DNA of 64,000 bases from an uncultured delta proteobacterium (GTDB lineage: Bacteria; Myxococcota_A; Polyangia; Polyangiales; Polyangiaceae): positions 128,001 through 192,000 of the forward strand of contig CAWJCS010000002.1 in NCBI GenBank assembly GCA_963841435.1, written 5' to 3'. The notes beneath the pieces were generated by a model, which ran no database searches, had not been told where the DNA came from, and was given only the letters and a program-made list of their open reading frames with translations. The translations under genes were made by a program, and so were the position numbers. Positions 1 to 9,505 of this stretch are shown piece after piece. Each line of letters opens with the position of its first letter. The stretch's first letter is position 1.

Positions 1-1602
1 CGGGGTGACGACACGGCGTGCGGCCTCGCACGCCTCCGTGAGCGCTGGTCCGCGCAGGTGTCGCTTGAGGCTGCGCGCGAGGAGCTTGGTGTCGCCGTCG
101 AGACCGCGCTGTCCGCCCGGCGTGTCGAGCGTCGAGGCCGCTCGCAAGAGGGACGCTAGCTCCTCCGCGGTGAAAAGCGCGACGGCGCGGTGCTCGGGGC
201 GCAGGAGCACGAGGGTGCGCGACCACAGGAAGACGAGCTCTGGCAGACCGAGACCGCTGCCGAGCACCTTGCTCGCGGTCAAGGTGGGATCCTCGACGGG
301 TGCGAGCGCGAGCCCGCTGCCGGCGACGCTGTCGAGCACGTGGAAGCGAGGCCGGACGAAGCCGAGCAGTCGCGCCGACCAGGCGAGGGTGCGCGCGAGC
401 GTCGTCGTGCTCTTCTCGAGGTCCTGTTCCGTCGAGGGATCCAGGGCCGGGCCCCGCCGCTTGCGCCGCGCCGTCTCGACGCCGGCCGCGACCACGGCGT
501 TGCCGAGCGCCGCGAAGGCGGCATCGAGCTCGTCGTCGCGCTCCTTGCAGAGGAGCTTCTTCTTCCAGTCCTCCTCCGAGAGCACGCCCTGTGCCGCGAG
601 CAGCCCGTCCGGCCGGTGCGCCGATGCGAGCAGGCTCTCGTCAACGTCCGCCGCACCGAGCACCTCGAGCGCGGCGGCGGTCTGGTACTCGCCCTCCGGG
701 TCGTTGGCCTTTTCGAACGCCTTGAGCAGCCCGCGTAACGTATCGGCGTCGCGCGGAGACGAGCGCAACGCTTCACGGTACGAAACCGCGGCGCCCTCGT
801 GCTCGCCGCGCTCGAGTGCCGCGCGCGCCTCGCCGAGCGCACGCTCGCGGTCCTCACCGGTCGGCTTCGGTGGCTCCTGCCACGCCGGCTCGGGCTCAAT
901 GGGCCCCTCGGCGGGCGGCGGCACGCTCGGAACGCCGCTCTGACCCCTCAGCACGACGAACGGCTCGGCGCCCGCGAAATGCCCGGTCGGCGAAAGCTCC
1001 GCGAACAGACCCTCCTCGGCGCGCATGGCGCCGTAGAGCCCGTCGGCCGAAAGCTCCGTGCTCTTGACGGAATGCCAGTCGAGCACGAGCTCGACGAGGC
1101 TCGTGAACGGAGCGCGCCCCGCGAGCGACGTCTCCGGGCGACAGCTCGCGACGAGGTGCACCGATGCTCCAGGGTCGACGAGCGCAGCGCCCAGCGTTTC
1201 GACGCCGGCCGCAGGGTCTGCCGACGGGTCGAGCGCGATCACGGTGTCGAGCACGGCGAGCCCGCACCGGGCGCGTTCCCCGAGCACGCGCTTGAGCCGC
1301 TTGAGCGAGAAGGTCCCGAGGCGTTCGCCGGCGAGCAGCAGCGCCGGCCCGCGTTCGTCCGTCACCACGGCGTAGCCGAGGAAGTAGAAGAAGAGCTCGT
1401 CGATGGGCTCGGTCGCCTCGGCGAGCACCTGCTCCACGGCTTCAGCGAGTCCTCGCTCGGCGCGGAACACGCGAACCTCGAAGCCGGCGTCTGCTTCGCC
1501 GAGGCGCTGGCCGAGCAGATCGAGATCGAGCTCGCTCGTCGAGAGCTCGCTGACCTGGTCGGAGTCGGAATAGGAAGAAGCGGCGAGGATCGCGATGCGC
1601 AT
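1..1602 (-). CDS. Degenerate caspase-like (peptidase C14 fold) domain + TPR-like + myxobacterial C-terminal helical domain; runs off the left edge
   Basis: Absent from the ORF track (no stop in window). Manual translation from ATG 1602: MRIAILAASSY...ELFFYFLGYAVV...LAVLDTV...LVASCRPETSLAGRAPFTSLVELVL, then a Pro-rich linker and TPR-like ALERGEHEGAAVSYREALRSSPRDAD. The + ORFs at 190 and 799 are its antisense shadows. Confidence 0.7.
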   Translation of the reverse strand, partial: MRIAILAASSYSDSDQVSELSTSELDLDLLGQRLGEADAGFEVRVFRAERGLAEAVEQVLAEATEPIDELFFYFLGYAVVTDERGPALLLAGERLGTFSLKRLKRVLGERARCGLAVLDTVIALDPSADPAAGVETLGAALVDPGASVHLVASCRPETSLAGRAPFTSLVELVLDWHSVKSTELSADGLYGAMRAEEGLFAELSPTGHFAGAEPFVVLRGQSGVPSVPPPAEGPIEPEPAWQEPPKPTGEDRERALGEARAALERGEHEGAAVSYREALRSSPRDADTLRGLLKAFEKANDPEGEYQTAAALEVLGAADVDESLLASAHRPDGLLAAQGVLSEEDWKKKLLCKERDDELDAAFAALGNAVVAAGVETARRKRRGPALDPSTEQDLEKSTTTLARTLAWSARLLGFVRPRFHVLDSVAGSGLALAPVEDPTLTASKVLGSGLGLPELVFLWSRTLVLLRPEHRAVALFTAEELASLLRAASTLDTPGGQRGLDGDTKLLARSLKRHLRGPALTEACEAARRVVTP

Positions 1603-1935
1603 CGTCGAGGACGGCCGGATAGCACAGCCTCGCACGAAGCCCCGAACTCTGACGCGAAACACCCCAAATTCTCGGGCTTCGCTCGCTTCCTCACTTTGGG
1701 CGCCAGCGCGAGGCGTCGAGGTATGGGGCTCGCCTACATGCCCATTCATGTCGCTACACGCGCCTGCCTTCGCGCTCGCGAAAGTCTTGCGGCGTCATCA
1801 CTGCGCAGGGTGACGGAGGCCCTCGCGGCGCCCGAGCGTGGCAAACGAGCACGGAGAAATTTCTAGTGCGGATAGACCGCGCCGAAGCCTGCGGTATCGG
1901 TTGCAGCTCCTGTTTCCGTACGCCAACATCAAGGT

Positions 1936-3756
1936 GTGATGGTCCGAACGGGAACGCGTCTGAGCGCGGTGGCGCTCGCCGCCGCGAGCGTGCTCGTGCT
2001 GGGGTGCTCGTCGCTCGACGCGTCAATCACGGGCGGGCCGCCTGGGAGCGGCGCTGGCGCCTCCGGAAGCCCAAGTGGTGGCTCGGGCGGCAAGGCGGGA
2101 AGCTCGTCCATCAACGTCGGTGGCAGCAATCCATCGGGCGGCACGAGCAGCGGTGGCTCGGGTGGCTCGTCGGCGGGAAGCGGCACGGGCGGTTCCGGTG
2201 GCGGCGTCGAGCTGCCACCCGACACCGACAAGATCGATCTCTTGCCGGCCGGCATCCGCCGGCTCACGAACGAGGAGTACCGGACCTCGGTGCGAGCGCT
2301 GCTCGGCGTGGACCTGCCCGCCGGCGTGAGCCTCCCGCCCGACGCGCGCCAATCCGGCTTCACCCGCAACGACGCGCAGCGCGTCGATCCCGTGCTCGCC
2401 AAGCAACTCGACGCCGCCGCGCGCCAGGTCGCGTCCGACGCGCGCGCTCGCTTCGCGGATCTCGCTCCCTGCGACGTGCCGGCGGGCAGCGAAGCCTGCG
2501 CCGCGTCGTTCATTGACGACTTCGGAGCCAAGGCGTACCGCCGGCCCCTCACGAGCGAGGAATCGGCCTCGTTGCTCGCGCTCTATCACGTGGGCGCCGA
2601 CGAGGGCGACTACGGCGATGGTATCGAGGTCGTGATCCGCGGCCTGCTTCAGTCCGCCGGGTTTCTCTATCTCACCGAGCTCGGCGACGGCAGGGCGACC
2701 GACCCGATCATGCTGTCGCCCCGTGAGCTCGCGAGCTCGCTTTCGTACCTCGTCACGGCCCAGCCGCCCGATGACGAGCTCGTCGCCGCGGCAGAATCCG
2801 GTTCACTCGCGACGGCCGAGGGGCGCGCGACCGAGGTTTGGCGCCTGCTCAACACGGGTGCCCCGGCGCGAGCCACGGTGCTGCGCATGCTGAGGGAGTG
2901 GCTGGGTGTCGATCGCATCACGGAAACCGGCAAAGACAGCACCGTTTATCCGGACTTCACGCCCGAGGTTCGCACGGCGATGGACGGGGAGGCCGATGCC
3001 TTCCTCGACGCCGTCACGGCGAGCCTCGGCACGGTCGGCGATCTGCTGGGCGCCGACTGGACGATGGTCGATGCGACGCTCGCGCCCGTTTACGGCGTCG
3101 CCTACCCGGGTGGCGGCGGATTCCAGAAAGTCTCGCTGACCGGCACGCGACGGCGCGGCATCCTCACGCAGGGCGCCTTCCTGTCGGTCTTCGCGCACGC
3201 TTCGGAGAGTGCCCCCGTGCTGCGCGGTGTCGCGGTGCTCGATCGCATCGCGTGCCTGCCGCCTCCCTCGCCGGCGACGCTCGATCGGGCGATTCCACCG
3301 CCGCCGCAACCGAACGACACGGACACGACCCGCGAGCGCTTCGAGAACAGCCACAGCACGGACCCCTTCTGTGCCGGCTGCCACACCACGATCGACGCCG
3401 TTGGCTTCGCCTTCGAGGACTTCGACGGCATGGGCGCCTATCGCACCATGGAAAACAAAAAGACCGTGGACCCGAGCACGGCGATCTCGCTCGACATGGG
3501 CATGGACTTTTCGGGAAGCTACGCCGACAGCGCCGAGCTCGCGGCGGCGCTCGCGGCGAGCCCGTCGGTGCGGGAATGCTTCGCGCGGCACCTGTTCCGC
3601 TCCGCGGCGGCGACGAGCGGCGTCGCCGTCCAGACGAGCGAAGACGCCTACGTGGCGGCCTGGAAGAAGGACCCGCTCGCCGAGCCCGGCAGCATCGTCC
3701 AGGCGATCGTCACCTACGTCACGAGCCCGCTGTTCGCTTACCGGAGGGCCCAATGA
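1936..3756 (+). CDS. DUF1592-family lipoprotein (DUF1587/1595/1592/1588/1585 architecture) with one CxxCH
   Basis: Lipobox VLGC, Gly/Ser linker, RRLTNEEY, AYRRPL, ELASSLSY, RRGILTQGAFL, PVLRG, TTRERFE, CAGCH, GFAFEDFDGMG. Confidence 0.9.
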   Translation: MMVRTGTRLSAVALAAASVLVLGCSSLDASITGGPPGSGAGASGSPSGGSGGKAGSSSINVGGSNPSGGTSSGGSGGSSAGSGTGGSGGGVELPPDTDKIDLLPAGIRRLTNEEYRTSVRALLGVDLPAGVSLPPDARQSGFTRNDAQRVDPVLAKQLDAAARQVASDARARFADLAPCDVPAGSEACAASFIDDFGAKAYRRPLTSEESASLLALYHVGADEGDYGDGIEVVIRGLLQSAGFLYLTELGDGRATDPIMLSPRELASSLSYLVTAQPPDDELVAAAESGSLATAEGRATEVWRLLNTGAPARATVLRMLREWLGVDRITETGKDSTVYPDFTPEVRTAMDGEADAFLDAVTASLGTVGDLLGADWTMVDATLAPVYGVAYPGGGGFQKVSLTGTRRRGILTQGAFLSVFAHASESAPVLRGVAVLDRIACLPPPSPATLDRAIPPPPQPNDTDTTRERFENSHSTDPFCAGCHTTIDAVGFAFEDFDGMGAYRTMENKKTVDPSTAISLDMGMDFSGSYADSAELAAALAASPSVRECFARHLFRSAAATSGVAVQTSEDAYVAAWKKDPLAEPGSIVQAIVTYVTSPLFAYRRAQ

Positions 3757-5231
3757 GCGGTCGCTTGTTCGCATCGCGCCGCAGTTTCTTGCGCGCCGTC
3801 GGGGCCGGCTTCGCCGCGCTGCCGTGCTTCCGCTTGCTCGAGAACTCCTACGCGCAGGCCGCAGGCGCGGAGCTGCCCCTGAAGCTCGTCACCATCTACC
3901 ACCCGCACGGCATCGCGGCCGAGTACTGGGCGATGGGGCAGGGCGTATCCGGCAATCGCGGCACGATCCAGACGAGCGAGCCGAGCTTCGACATCGGCTA
4001 CCAGAACTGTTCGCTCCAGCCCTTCGACGACGCGGCGACGTACGGCAAGTCGTTCAAGGACAAGATCATGGTCATCGAGGGGATGGACCTGCTCTCCGCG
4101 GCGAACGGCCACGACACGGCGGGCTGTATCCTCACGGGCAGTCGCGTCAGCGGTAAGCCCTCGAACAGCTCGCTCGACCAGTTCCTCGCGGTCGAGAAGG
4201 GCCTCGGGGCCTCCACGCGGCTCGGAAGCATCGCGCTCGGCGTCGGGGACGACTCGCTCACCGTGGGCACGACGCTCTCGTACGGTCCCGGCGGCCAGGC
4301 GCTCCCCAAGATCATCGATCCCGTGCAGGCGTATCAGCAGCTCTTCAACGGCTTCGCGCCTTCGACGGACCCCGTGGCGCAGGCGGCGGCCGCTCGGCAG
4401 AACGTGCTCGGACACGGCGTCGTCGATTTCTTGCGCGAGGACGTGAACCGGCTGCGCACGCGACTCGCCCCGACCGAGCAAATGAAGCTCGACCAACACC
4501 TCTCGGCCCTCGACGAGCTCGACAAGCAGTTCCAGACCATCGAGTCGACGGGCGCCGTGTGCAACGCGCCGACCGAGCCCAGCGCTTCGCAGTTCCCCAA
4601 GCTCAAGCAGTACAATGGCGGGGAGCCCTATTTCGACGCCATCACGAACGCGCACATCGATCTCCTGGCGCAGGCGCTCGCCTGCGACATCACGCGCTTC
4701 GCGACGCTCGTCATGAACGACCTCTCGTACGACGGCAATCCGCTCGGCTTGCCGGCGGACAACCACGGCAGCGTCGCCCATACCTACGGTGCCTCGCCCG
4801 TGGGCAACGACGGGCACGGCTCGGCCGGGAGCGGCGATCAGAATACGTGGCTCACGCTCGCGAAGTTCAACAAGTACTCATACTCCAAGGTCGCGCGCCT
4901 CATGCAGAAGCTCGACGAGCTCGGTGCGCTCGACAGCACGCTCATCTACGTGAGCTCCGACATGGGCAATCCCGCGCTCCACAGCACGCGCAACGTGCCG
5001 ACGGTGCTCGCCGGCGGCGCCAACGGAAAGTTCACGATGGGACGCCGCGTGCAGCTCTCCGCTGATTGCCCGCCCGGTACGCCCGAGTGGTGCAGCGACA
5101 CGCAGCGCGTCGACAAACCGAACAACCACCTGCTCGTGTCGATCGCCCAGGCCTTCGGTGTCGACATCGACTCGTTCGGGACGCAGCCGACGAGCTCGCT
5201 CACGACCGGCACACTCGGCGAGATCGCCTGA
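3753..5231 (+). CDS. DUF1552-family protein, Tat-exported
   Basis: ATGA overlap with the upstream stop. SRRSFLRAVG twin-Arg signal, HPHG, SLDQ, KLDQHL, ALACDITR, SDMG..H. Confidence 0.9.
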   Translation: MSGRLFASRRSFLRAVGAGFAALPCFRLLENSYAQAAGAELPLKLVTIYHPHGIAAEYWAMGQGVSGNRGTIQTSEPSFDIGYQNCSLQPFDDAATYGKSFKDKIMVIEGMDLLSAANGHDTAGCILTGSRVSGKPSNSSLDQFLAVEKGLGASTRLGSIALGVGDDSLTVGTTLSYGPGGQALPKIIDPVQAYQQLFNGFAPSTDPVAQAAAARQNVLGHGVVDFLREDVNRLRTRLAPTEQMKLDQHLSALDELDKQFQTIESTGAVCNAPTEPSASQFPKLKQYNGGEPYFDAITNAHIDLLAQALACDITRFATLVMNDLSYDGNPLGLPADNHGSVAHTYGASPVGNDGHGSAGSGDQNTWLTLAKFNKYSYSKVARLMQKLDELGALDSTLIYVSSDMGNPALHSTRNVPTVLAGGANGKFTMGRRVQLSADCPPGTPEWCSDTQRVDKPNNHLLVSIAQAFGVDIDSFGTQPTSSLTTGTLGEIA

Positions 5232-5322
5232 GCGGCGCGCCGGTGAGCGCGCCCAACCTGGGCCTGTTTCGCGCTCGGCCACGGCCTTCCGGGAGCCGCC
5301 GGGTCCGTGCTATGTTGAAAGG

Positions 5323-5994
5323 GTGGTTAGGGTGGTGTCGTCGATCGTGGCCCTATTGGTGAGTGTCGCGCTCGCGCCGGCCGCGAGCGCCGAGGAGCGC
5401 GTGCCGTGCGGCGACGGTTCCGACGCACGGAGCGAGGGTGGCGCTGTCGGGCCGAGCGCCGCATTCTCTGCACAGGATGTCGCGGTGAGCTCCGCCGGGC
5501 CGACCTCCGCGGCACCGAACGCGGACGGGCCGTCGAGCACGGCACCGAGTGCGGACGGGCCGTCGAGCACGGTCGCGCCTGCGCGAGACGTGGCGGCCGC
5601 CGCCACGGAGCCGGGGTCTGCCACCGCACTGGCCCGCACGGCCGCGCCCGCTCTGGCCGGGGTCGCCCGCGACCCACTCGCCGACGAGCGCGCTTTCAGC
5701 CGCGAAATACAGCGCTTCGCCCGCCTCTGGGCCTTCACGAAGCGGCTCGTCAGCGCCCGCGAGGCGCGCGCCTTCGAGGAGGCCGAAGAGCGTTACCAGA
5801 AACTTTCCGCGCTCACGCGCGAGCTTGCCGACAAGGAAGCCCAGGCGTCCGAGCGCGAGTTCGAGGGCGCCGTGACGCTCTACCTTCGCAAGCGCGAGCT
5901 CACGCGCGAGCTCACGCTCGCGCAGGCGCGAGGCGCGGCCGCTGCCCCTGCCGCGTCCGAGATCGCCCCATCCCGGCCAGCCCCCACGCGCTGA
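5323..5994 (+). CDS. Hypothetical secreted protein
   Basis: Signal-like VSSIVALLVSVALAPAASA, Ala/Pro/Ser linker, helical C-terminus. Start uncertain. Confidence 0.5.
   Translation: MVRVVSSIVALLVSVALAPAASAEERVPCGDGSDARSEGGAVGPSAAFSAQDVAVSSAGPTSAAPNADGPSSTAPSADGPSSTVAPARDVAAAATEPGSATALARTAAPALAGVARDPLADERAFSREIQRFARLWAFTKRLVSAREARAFEEAEERYQKLSALTRELADKEAQASEREFEGAVTLYLRKRELTRELTLAQARGAAAAPAASEIAPSRPAPTR
5521..5572 (+). repeat. In-frame direct repeat, 30-bp period (gcggacgggccgtcgagcacgg x2; ADGPSST)
   Basis: Seen at 5521 and 5551. Confidence 0.8.
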
Positions 5995-6088
5995 GGAGTC
6001 GCTTCGCGGCCCCAACGGCCGCCAGCCGAGTCGATCGTCCGCGAGATCTCTGTTGCGCCCGGGCGCCCGCACCGGTGAGAGATCGGAC

Positions 6089-6610
6089 ATGACCCCCGAA
6101 ACCCTGCGCGCGCTGCAGAGCCCACTCAAGCGAAAGTACCGCGACGATCCGAGCGCCGCCAAGGTCACGCTGTGCGCATCGGGGCGGCTCGGCGAGGACG
6201 TAACGTTCGTGGTCGATACCCTCGGCGGCACGCTCGTTTCGGGCCTGCATCCCGCGGCGGGCGGCGACGGGTTGACGGCGTGCTCCGGAGACCTCCTGCT
6301 CCAGGCGCTGGTCGCCTGCTCGGGCGTCACGCTCGCGGCCGTCGCGACGGCAATGGGCATCAAGCTGCGCGGTGTGCGAGTGGTCGCCGAGGGGGACCTC
6401 GACTTTCGAGGGACGCTGGGCGTCTCGAAGGAGGTGGAGGTCGGCTTCGAGCGGGTGCGTCTGGTGTTCGAGCTCGACACGGATGCGGCCGACGCGGAGC
6501 TCGACACGCTCTTGAAGCTGACCGAACGGTATTGCGTGGTTCTGAAGACGCTGACGCGAGCGCTCGAGGTGACCGCGCGCCGTGCGCCCTTTTTGGGAGG
6601 TGCGTCGTGA
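6089..6610 (+). CDS. OsmC/Ohr-family protein
   Basis: LHPAAGGDG..ACSGDLLLQALVAC, EGDLDFRGTLG, TERYCVV. Confidence 0.9.
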   Translation: MTPETLRALQSPLKRKYRDDPSAAKVTLCASGRLGEDVTFVVDTLGGTLVSGLHPAAGGDGLTACSGDLLLQALVACSGVTLAAVATAMGIKLRGVRVVAEGDLDFRGTLGVSKEVEVGFERVRLVFELDTDAADAELDTLLKLTERYCVVLKTLTRALEVTARRAPFLGGAS

Positions 6611-7605
6611 CCCACGTGCCCGATTCGAAACGCTACGACCGCATGCGCTATCAACGCACCGGCAGGAGCGGTCTCAAGCTGCCCCGCATCTCGCTCGGGC
6701 TCTGGCACAATTTCGGGGGAGTCGACGCGCCCGAGGACGGGCGCCGCATGCTCTTGCGCGCCTTCGATCTCGGCATCACGCACTTCGACCTCGCCAACAA
6801 CTACGGCCCACCGCCGGGCTCCGCCGAGGAAGCGTTCGGGCGCGTGCTTTCGCGCGATCTCCGACCCTACCGTGACGAGATCGTGATCTCGAGCAAGGCC
6901 GGCTACTGGATGTGGCCCGGACCCTACGGTGACTTTGGCTCCAGGAAGTATCTGATCGCGAGCCTCGATCAGAGCCTTTTACGGATGAAGCTCGACTACG
7001 TCAACATCTTCTACCATCACCGCCCCGATCCGGAGACGCCGCTCGAAGAAACCCTGGGCGCGCTCGATCACATCGTGCGGAGCGGCAAGGCGCTCCATGC
7101 GGGCGTCTCGAACTACTCGGCGGAGCTGACGCGTCGCGCCGCGGGCATCATGCGTGACCTCGGGACTCCCTTGCTGGTTCATCAGCCGAGCTACAGCATG
7201 CTGAACCGCGGAGCCGAGGGCGCGCTCTTCGGCGCGCTCGAGGACGAAGGCATCGGGTGTATCGTGTTCTCGCCCCTCGCCCAGGGCCTGCTCACGAACA
7301 AGTACCTTGCTGGAATCCCCGAGGATTCGCGCGCCAAGAAGCCCCACGGCTTTCTCAAGCCCGAGCAAGTGACCTCCGAGGTCGTCGGTAAGGTACGAAA
7401 GCTCCAGGAGCTCGCCGAACGGCGCGGGCAGACGCTCGCACAGCTGGCGCTCGCGTGGGTCCTCCGCCACCCGGTCATGACGTTGGCGCTGATCGGCGCG
7501 AGCAAGGTGAGTCAGATCGAGGATGCCGTGGGGGCCCTGGAGCGGCTCGACTTCGGCGTCGACGAGCTCGCCGCGATCGAGCGCATCCTGGGCGGGCTGG
7601 CCTGA
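6607..7605 (+). CDS. gpr: Aldo/keto reductase, L-glyceraldehyde-3-phosphate reductase (YghZ/Gpr) type
   Basis: GRSGLKLPRISLGLWHNFG, FDLANNYGPPPGSAE, SKAGYWMWPGPYG, FSPLAQGLLT. GTGA overlap with osmC-like gene. Confidence 0.9.
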   Translation: MTHVPDSKRYDRMRYQRTGRSGLKLPRISLGLWHNFGGVDAPEDGRRMLLRAFDLGITHFDLANNYGPPPGSAEEAFGRVLSRDLRPYRDEIVISSKAGYWMWPGPYGDFGSRKYLIASLDQSLLRMKLDYVNIFYHHRPDPETPLEETLGALDHIVRSGKALHAGVSNYSAELTRRAAGIMRDLGTPLLVHQPSYSMLNRGAEGALFGALEDEGIGCIVFSPLAQGLLTNKYLAGIPEDSRAKKPHGFLKPEQVTSEVVGKVRKLQELAERRGQTLAQLALAWVLRHPVMTLALIGASKVSQIEDAVGALERLDFGVDELAAIERILGGLA

Positions 7606-7626
7606 CGGGGCGGGCTCGCCCGCCGG

Positions 7627-7893
7627 CTACACGCCGTACTTTCCGACCAGCCGCTCGACGACCGCCACGTAGCTTTCCATGGCCCGCTCGCGGGTCGTCC
7701 CGCGCCGCGCCGACCAGGCGTCGTATTTCGCGCGGCCCTTGAAGTCGAGCATGCCGGGGCGCGTGCCGCGCACATCGCCCTCGGTTGCTTGTTTGTAAAG
7801 AGAGTAGAGCTCGAGTAGCTCGTCGCTCGCCGGTGTTTGCTTGAGGGTCTTCACGCGGGCTTGGGCGGTCGAAAATTCGTCCTCGAGTGGCAT
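7627..7893 (-). CDS. Acyl-CoA-binding protein (ACBP)
   Basis: LLELYSLYKQATEGD...RPGMLDFKGRAKYDAW, 88 aa. Confidence 0.92.
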   Translation of the reverse strand: MPLEDEFSTAQARVKTLKQTPASDELLELYSLYKQATEGDVRGTRPGMLDFKGRAKYDAWSARRGTTRERAMESYVAVVERLVGKYGV

Positions 7894-7942
7894 CGGGGGT
7901 GTCCTTGCGGGGTGGTAGTGCTCGGCGCTAGCATAGAGCGTT

Positions 7943-9484
7943 GTGTCGGAGTCCGTCGCGCCCGAAGGCGCCCCGTCGGGGCGCCGCCTGCGGGTCGCGC
8001 TCTTGGCCTCGTATCTGAGCGACGAGTACGAGTGGTCGATCGTCAAGGGCGCCCGCGATGTCGTCGAAGCGAGCGGTGGCAGCCTGTTGTGCTTTGCCGG
8101 TGGGGCGCTCGCTGACCCCGATCCGGAGCGGCGCGCTCGCAACTTCGTGCTCGAAGCCCTGAATCCAGAGCTCGTGGACGGGATCCTCAGTATCTCGAGC
8201 TGCGTGGACCAGTACCTCGGTCAGATTGAAGGCGCCGCCTGGCTCGGGCGGTTCGGCCTCCCCGTCGTGAGCGTCGGTGAGCTTCCCGGCGTGACCAGCG
8301 TGGGCATCCAGGACTCCGAGGGCATCACGCAGCTCATGGACCACCTCGTGGCCCACCACGGCCACCGCCGCATCGCTTTCATCGCGGGGACGGGCACGAA
8401 CGCCGAGGCGCTCGAGCGGCGCGAGGCGTATCTCGCCGCGCTCGAGCACCACGGCATCCCGCTCGACGAGCGGCTGCTCCTGTCCGGCGATTTCACGCGT
8501 GAGAGCGGCGCGCGGGCCGTGTTCGAGCTGTTCGACGCACGTCAGGTGCCGGTGGAACAGCTCGACGCAATCGTCGCATCCAACGATTATATGGCGTTCG
8601 GTGCCATCGACGAGCTGTCACGCCGGCGCATTGCCGTGCCCGATCAAGTCGCGGTGGTCGGCTTCGACGACATGGAGCTTGCTCGCATCTTCGACCCGCC
8701 GCTCACGACCGTGCGGCAGCCGCTCGCGCAGCTCGGGCGGGAGGCCGCGCGGCGGCTGCTCGCCGTGCTCGGGGGGGCCGAGCCCGAGCCCTCGGTGACG
8801 CTGGAGACGGAGCTCTTCCTGCGTCGCTCTTGCGGCTGCGTGCCGACCGACATCCCACCGCCGCCCGACGCCCCGTTCGGGGGCGATCGCGCGACCGCCG
8901 AGATGTTGAGCGGATTGATGGCCGAGGTGCGCGGCGAGCAGGGTGCCTTCGCGCGCGCGCTCGACCCGCTGCTCCGGCGTTTGGCGCAGGGCAACGCGCG
9001 CCAGCTCGAGCAGAATCGTCGCCTCGCCGACGAGCTTGCCACGCGCCTGCGCGTCGCGAGCGAGGACCTCGTACACGACCGGCTCCACCGCCTCGCGCGC
9101 GCTCTCGAGCTTCGCATGTTCGGGCCGCAGGCTCAGCTTTCGCACGTGCTCGCCGAGCGCATGCCGGAGCTCGGCATCGAGGGCTGCGTCGTTTCGGAGC
9201 TCACGGGGGCGGAAGGGGAGCTGAAAGTTGCATTCGGCTTCGATGCGCACACGCACCAGCCTCAAATGGTGCCGTTCTTGCGCGAGCGCCTCGTGCCCGA
9301 GGCGCTCGACGGGCTACTCGAAAAGTCGGCCTTCGTGCTCGCGTTGAAATACGGCGAAGAACCCCTCGGCGTCGCCGTCCTGTGTTCGAGCGACCGCAAC
9401 GGCACCTCGTACGAGACCCTCGCCGAAGTGTTCGGCATCGTGCTCAAGGCGTTGCAGGTGCGGCGTCGCGCCGAGGTGCGCTGA
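7943..9484 (+). CDS. LacI-type sugar-binding-domain protein lacking an HTH; C-terminal GAF-like region
   Basis: HGHRRIAFIAG, GDFTRESG, AIVASNDYMAFG, VAVVGFDD, PPLTTVRQP, RRSCGC. Confidence 0.8.
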   Translation: MSESVAPEGAPSGRRLRVALLASYLSDEYEWSIVKGARDVVEASGGSLLCFAGGALADPDPERRARNFVLEALNPELVDGILSISSCVDQYLGQIEGAAWLGRFGLPVVSVGELPGVTSVGIQDSEGITQLMDHLVAHHGHRRIAFIAGTGTNAEALERREAYLAALEHHGIPLDERLLLSGDFTRESGARAVFELFDARQVPVEQLDAIVASNDYMAFGAIDELSRRRIAVPDQVAVVGFDDMELARIFDPPLTTVRQPLAQLGREAARRLLAVLGGAEPEPSVTLETELFLRRSCGCVPTDIPPPPDAPFGGDRATAEMLSGLMAEVRGEQGAFARALDPLLRRLAQGNARQLEQNRRLADELATRLRVASEDLVHDRLHRLARALELRMFGPQAQLSHVLAERMPELGIEGCVVSELTGAEGELKVAFGFDAHTHQPQMVPFLRERLVPEALDGLLEKSAFVLALKYGEEPLGVAVLCSSDRNGTSYETLAEVFGIVLKALQVRRRAEVR

Positions 9485-9505
9485 CGGTCGCGGCTGGCGC
9501 GCGGG

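Noticed and set aside
2040-2205. Gly/Ser-rich tracts (also ~58100-58290) as repeat elements
   Set aside because: Low-complexity linkers typical of myxobacterial lipoproteins, not DNA repeats.
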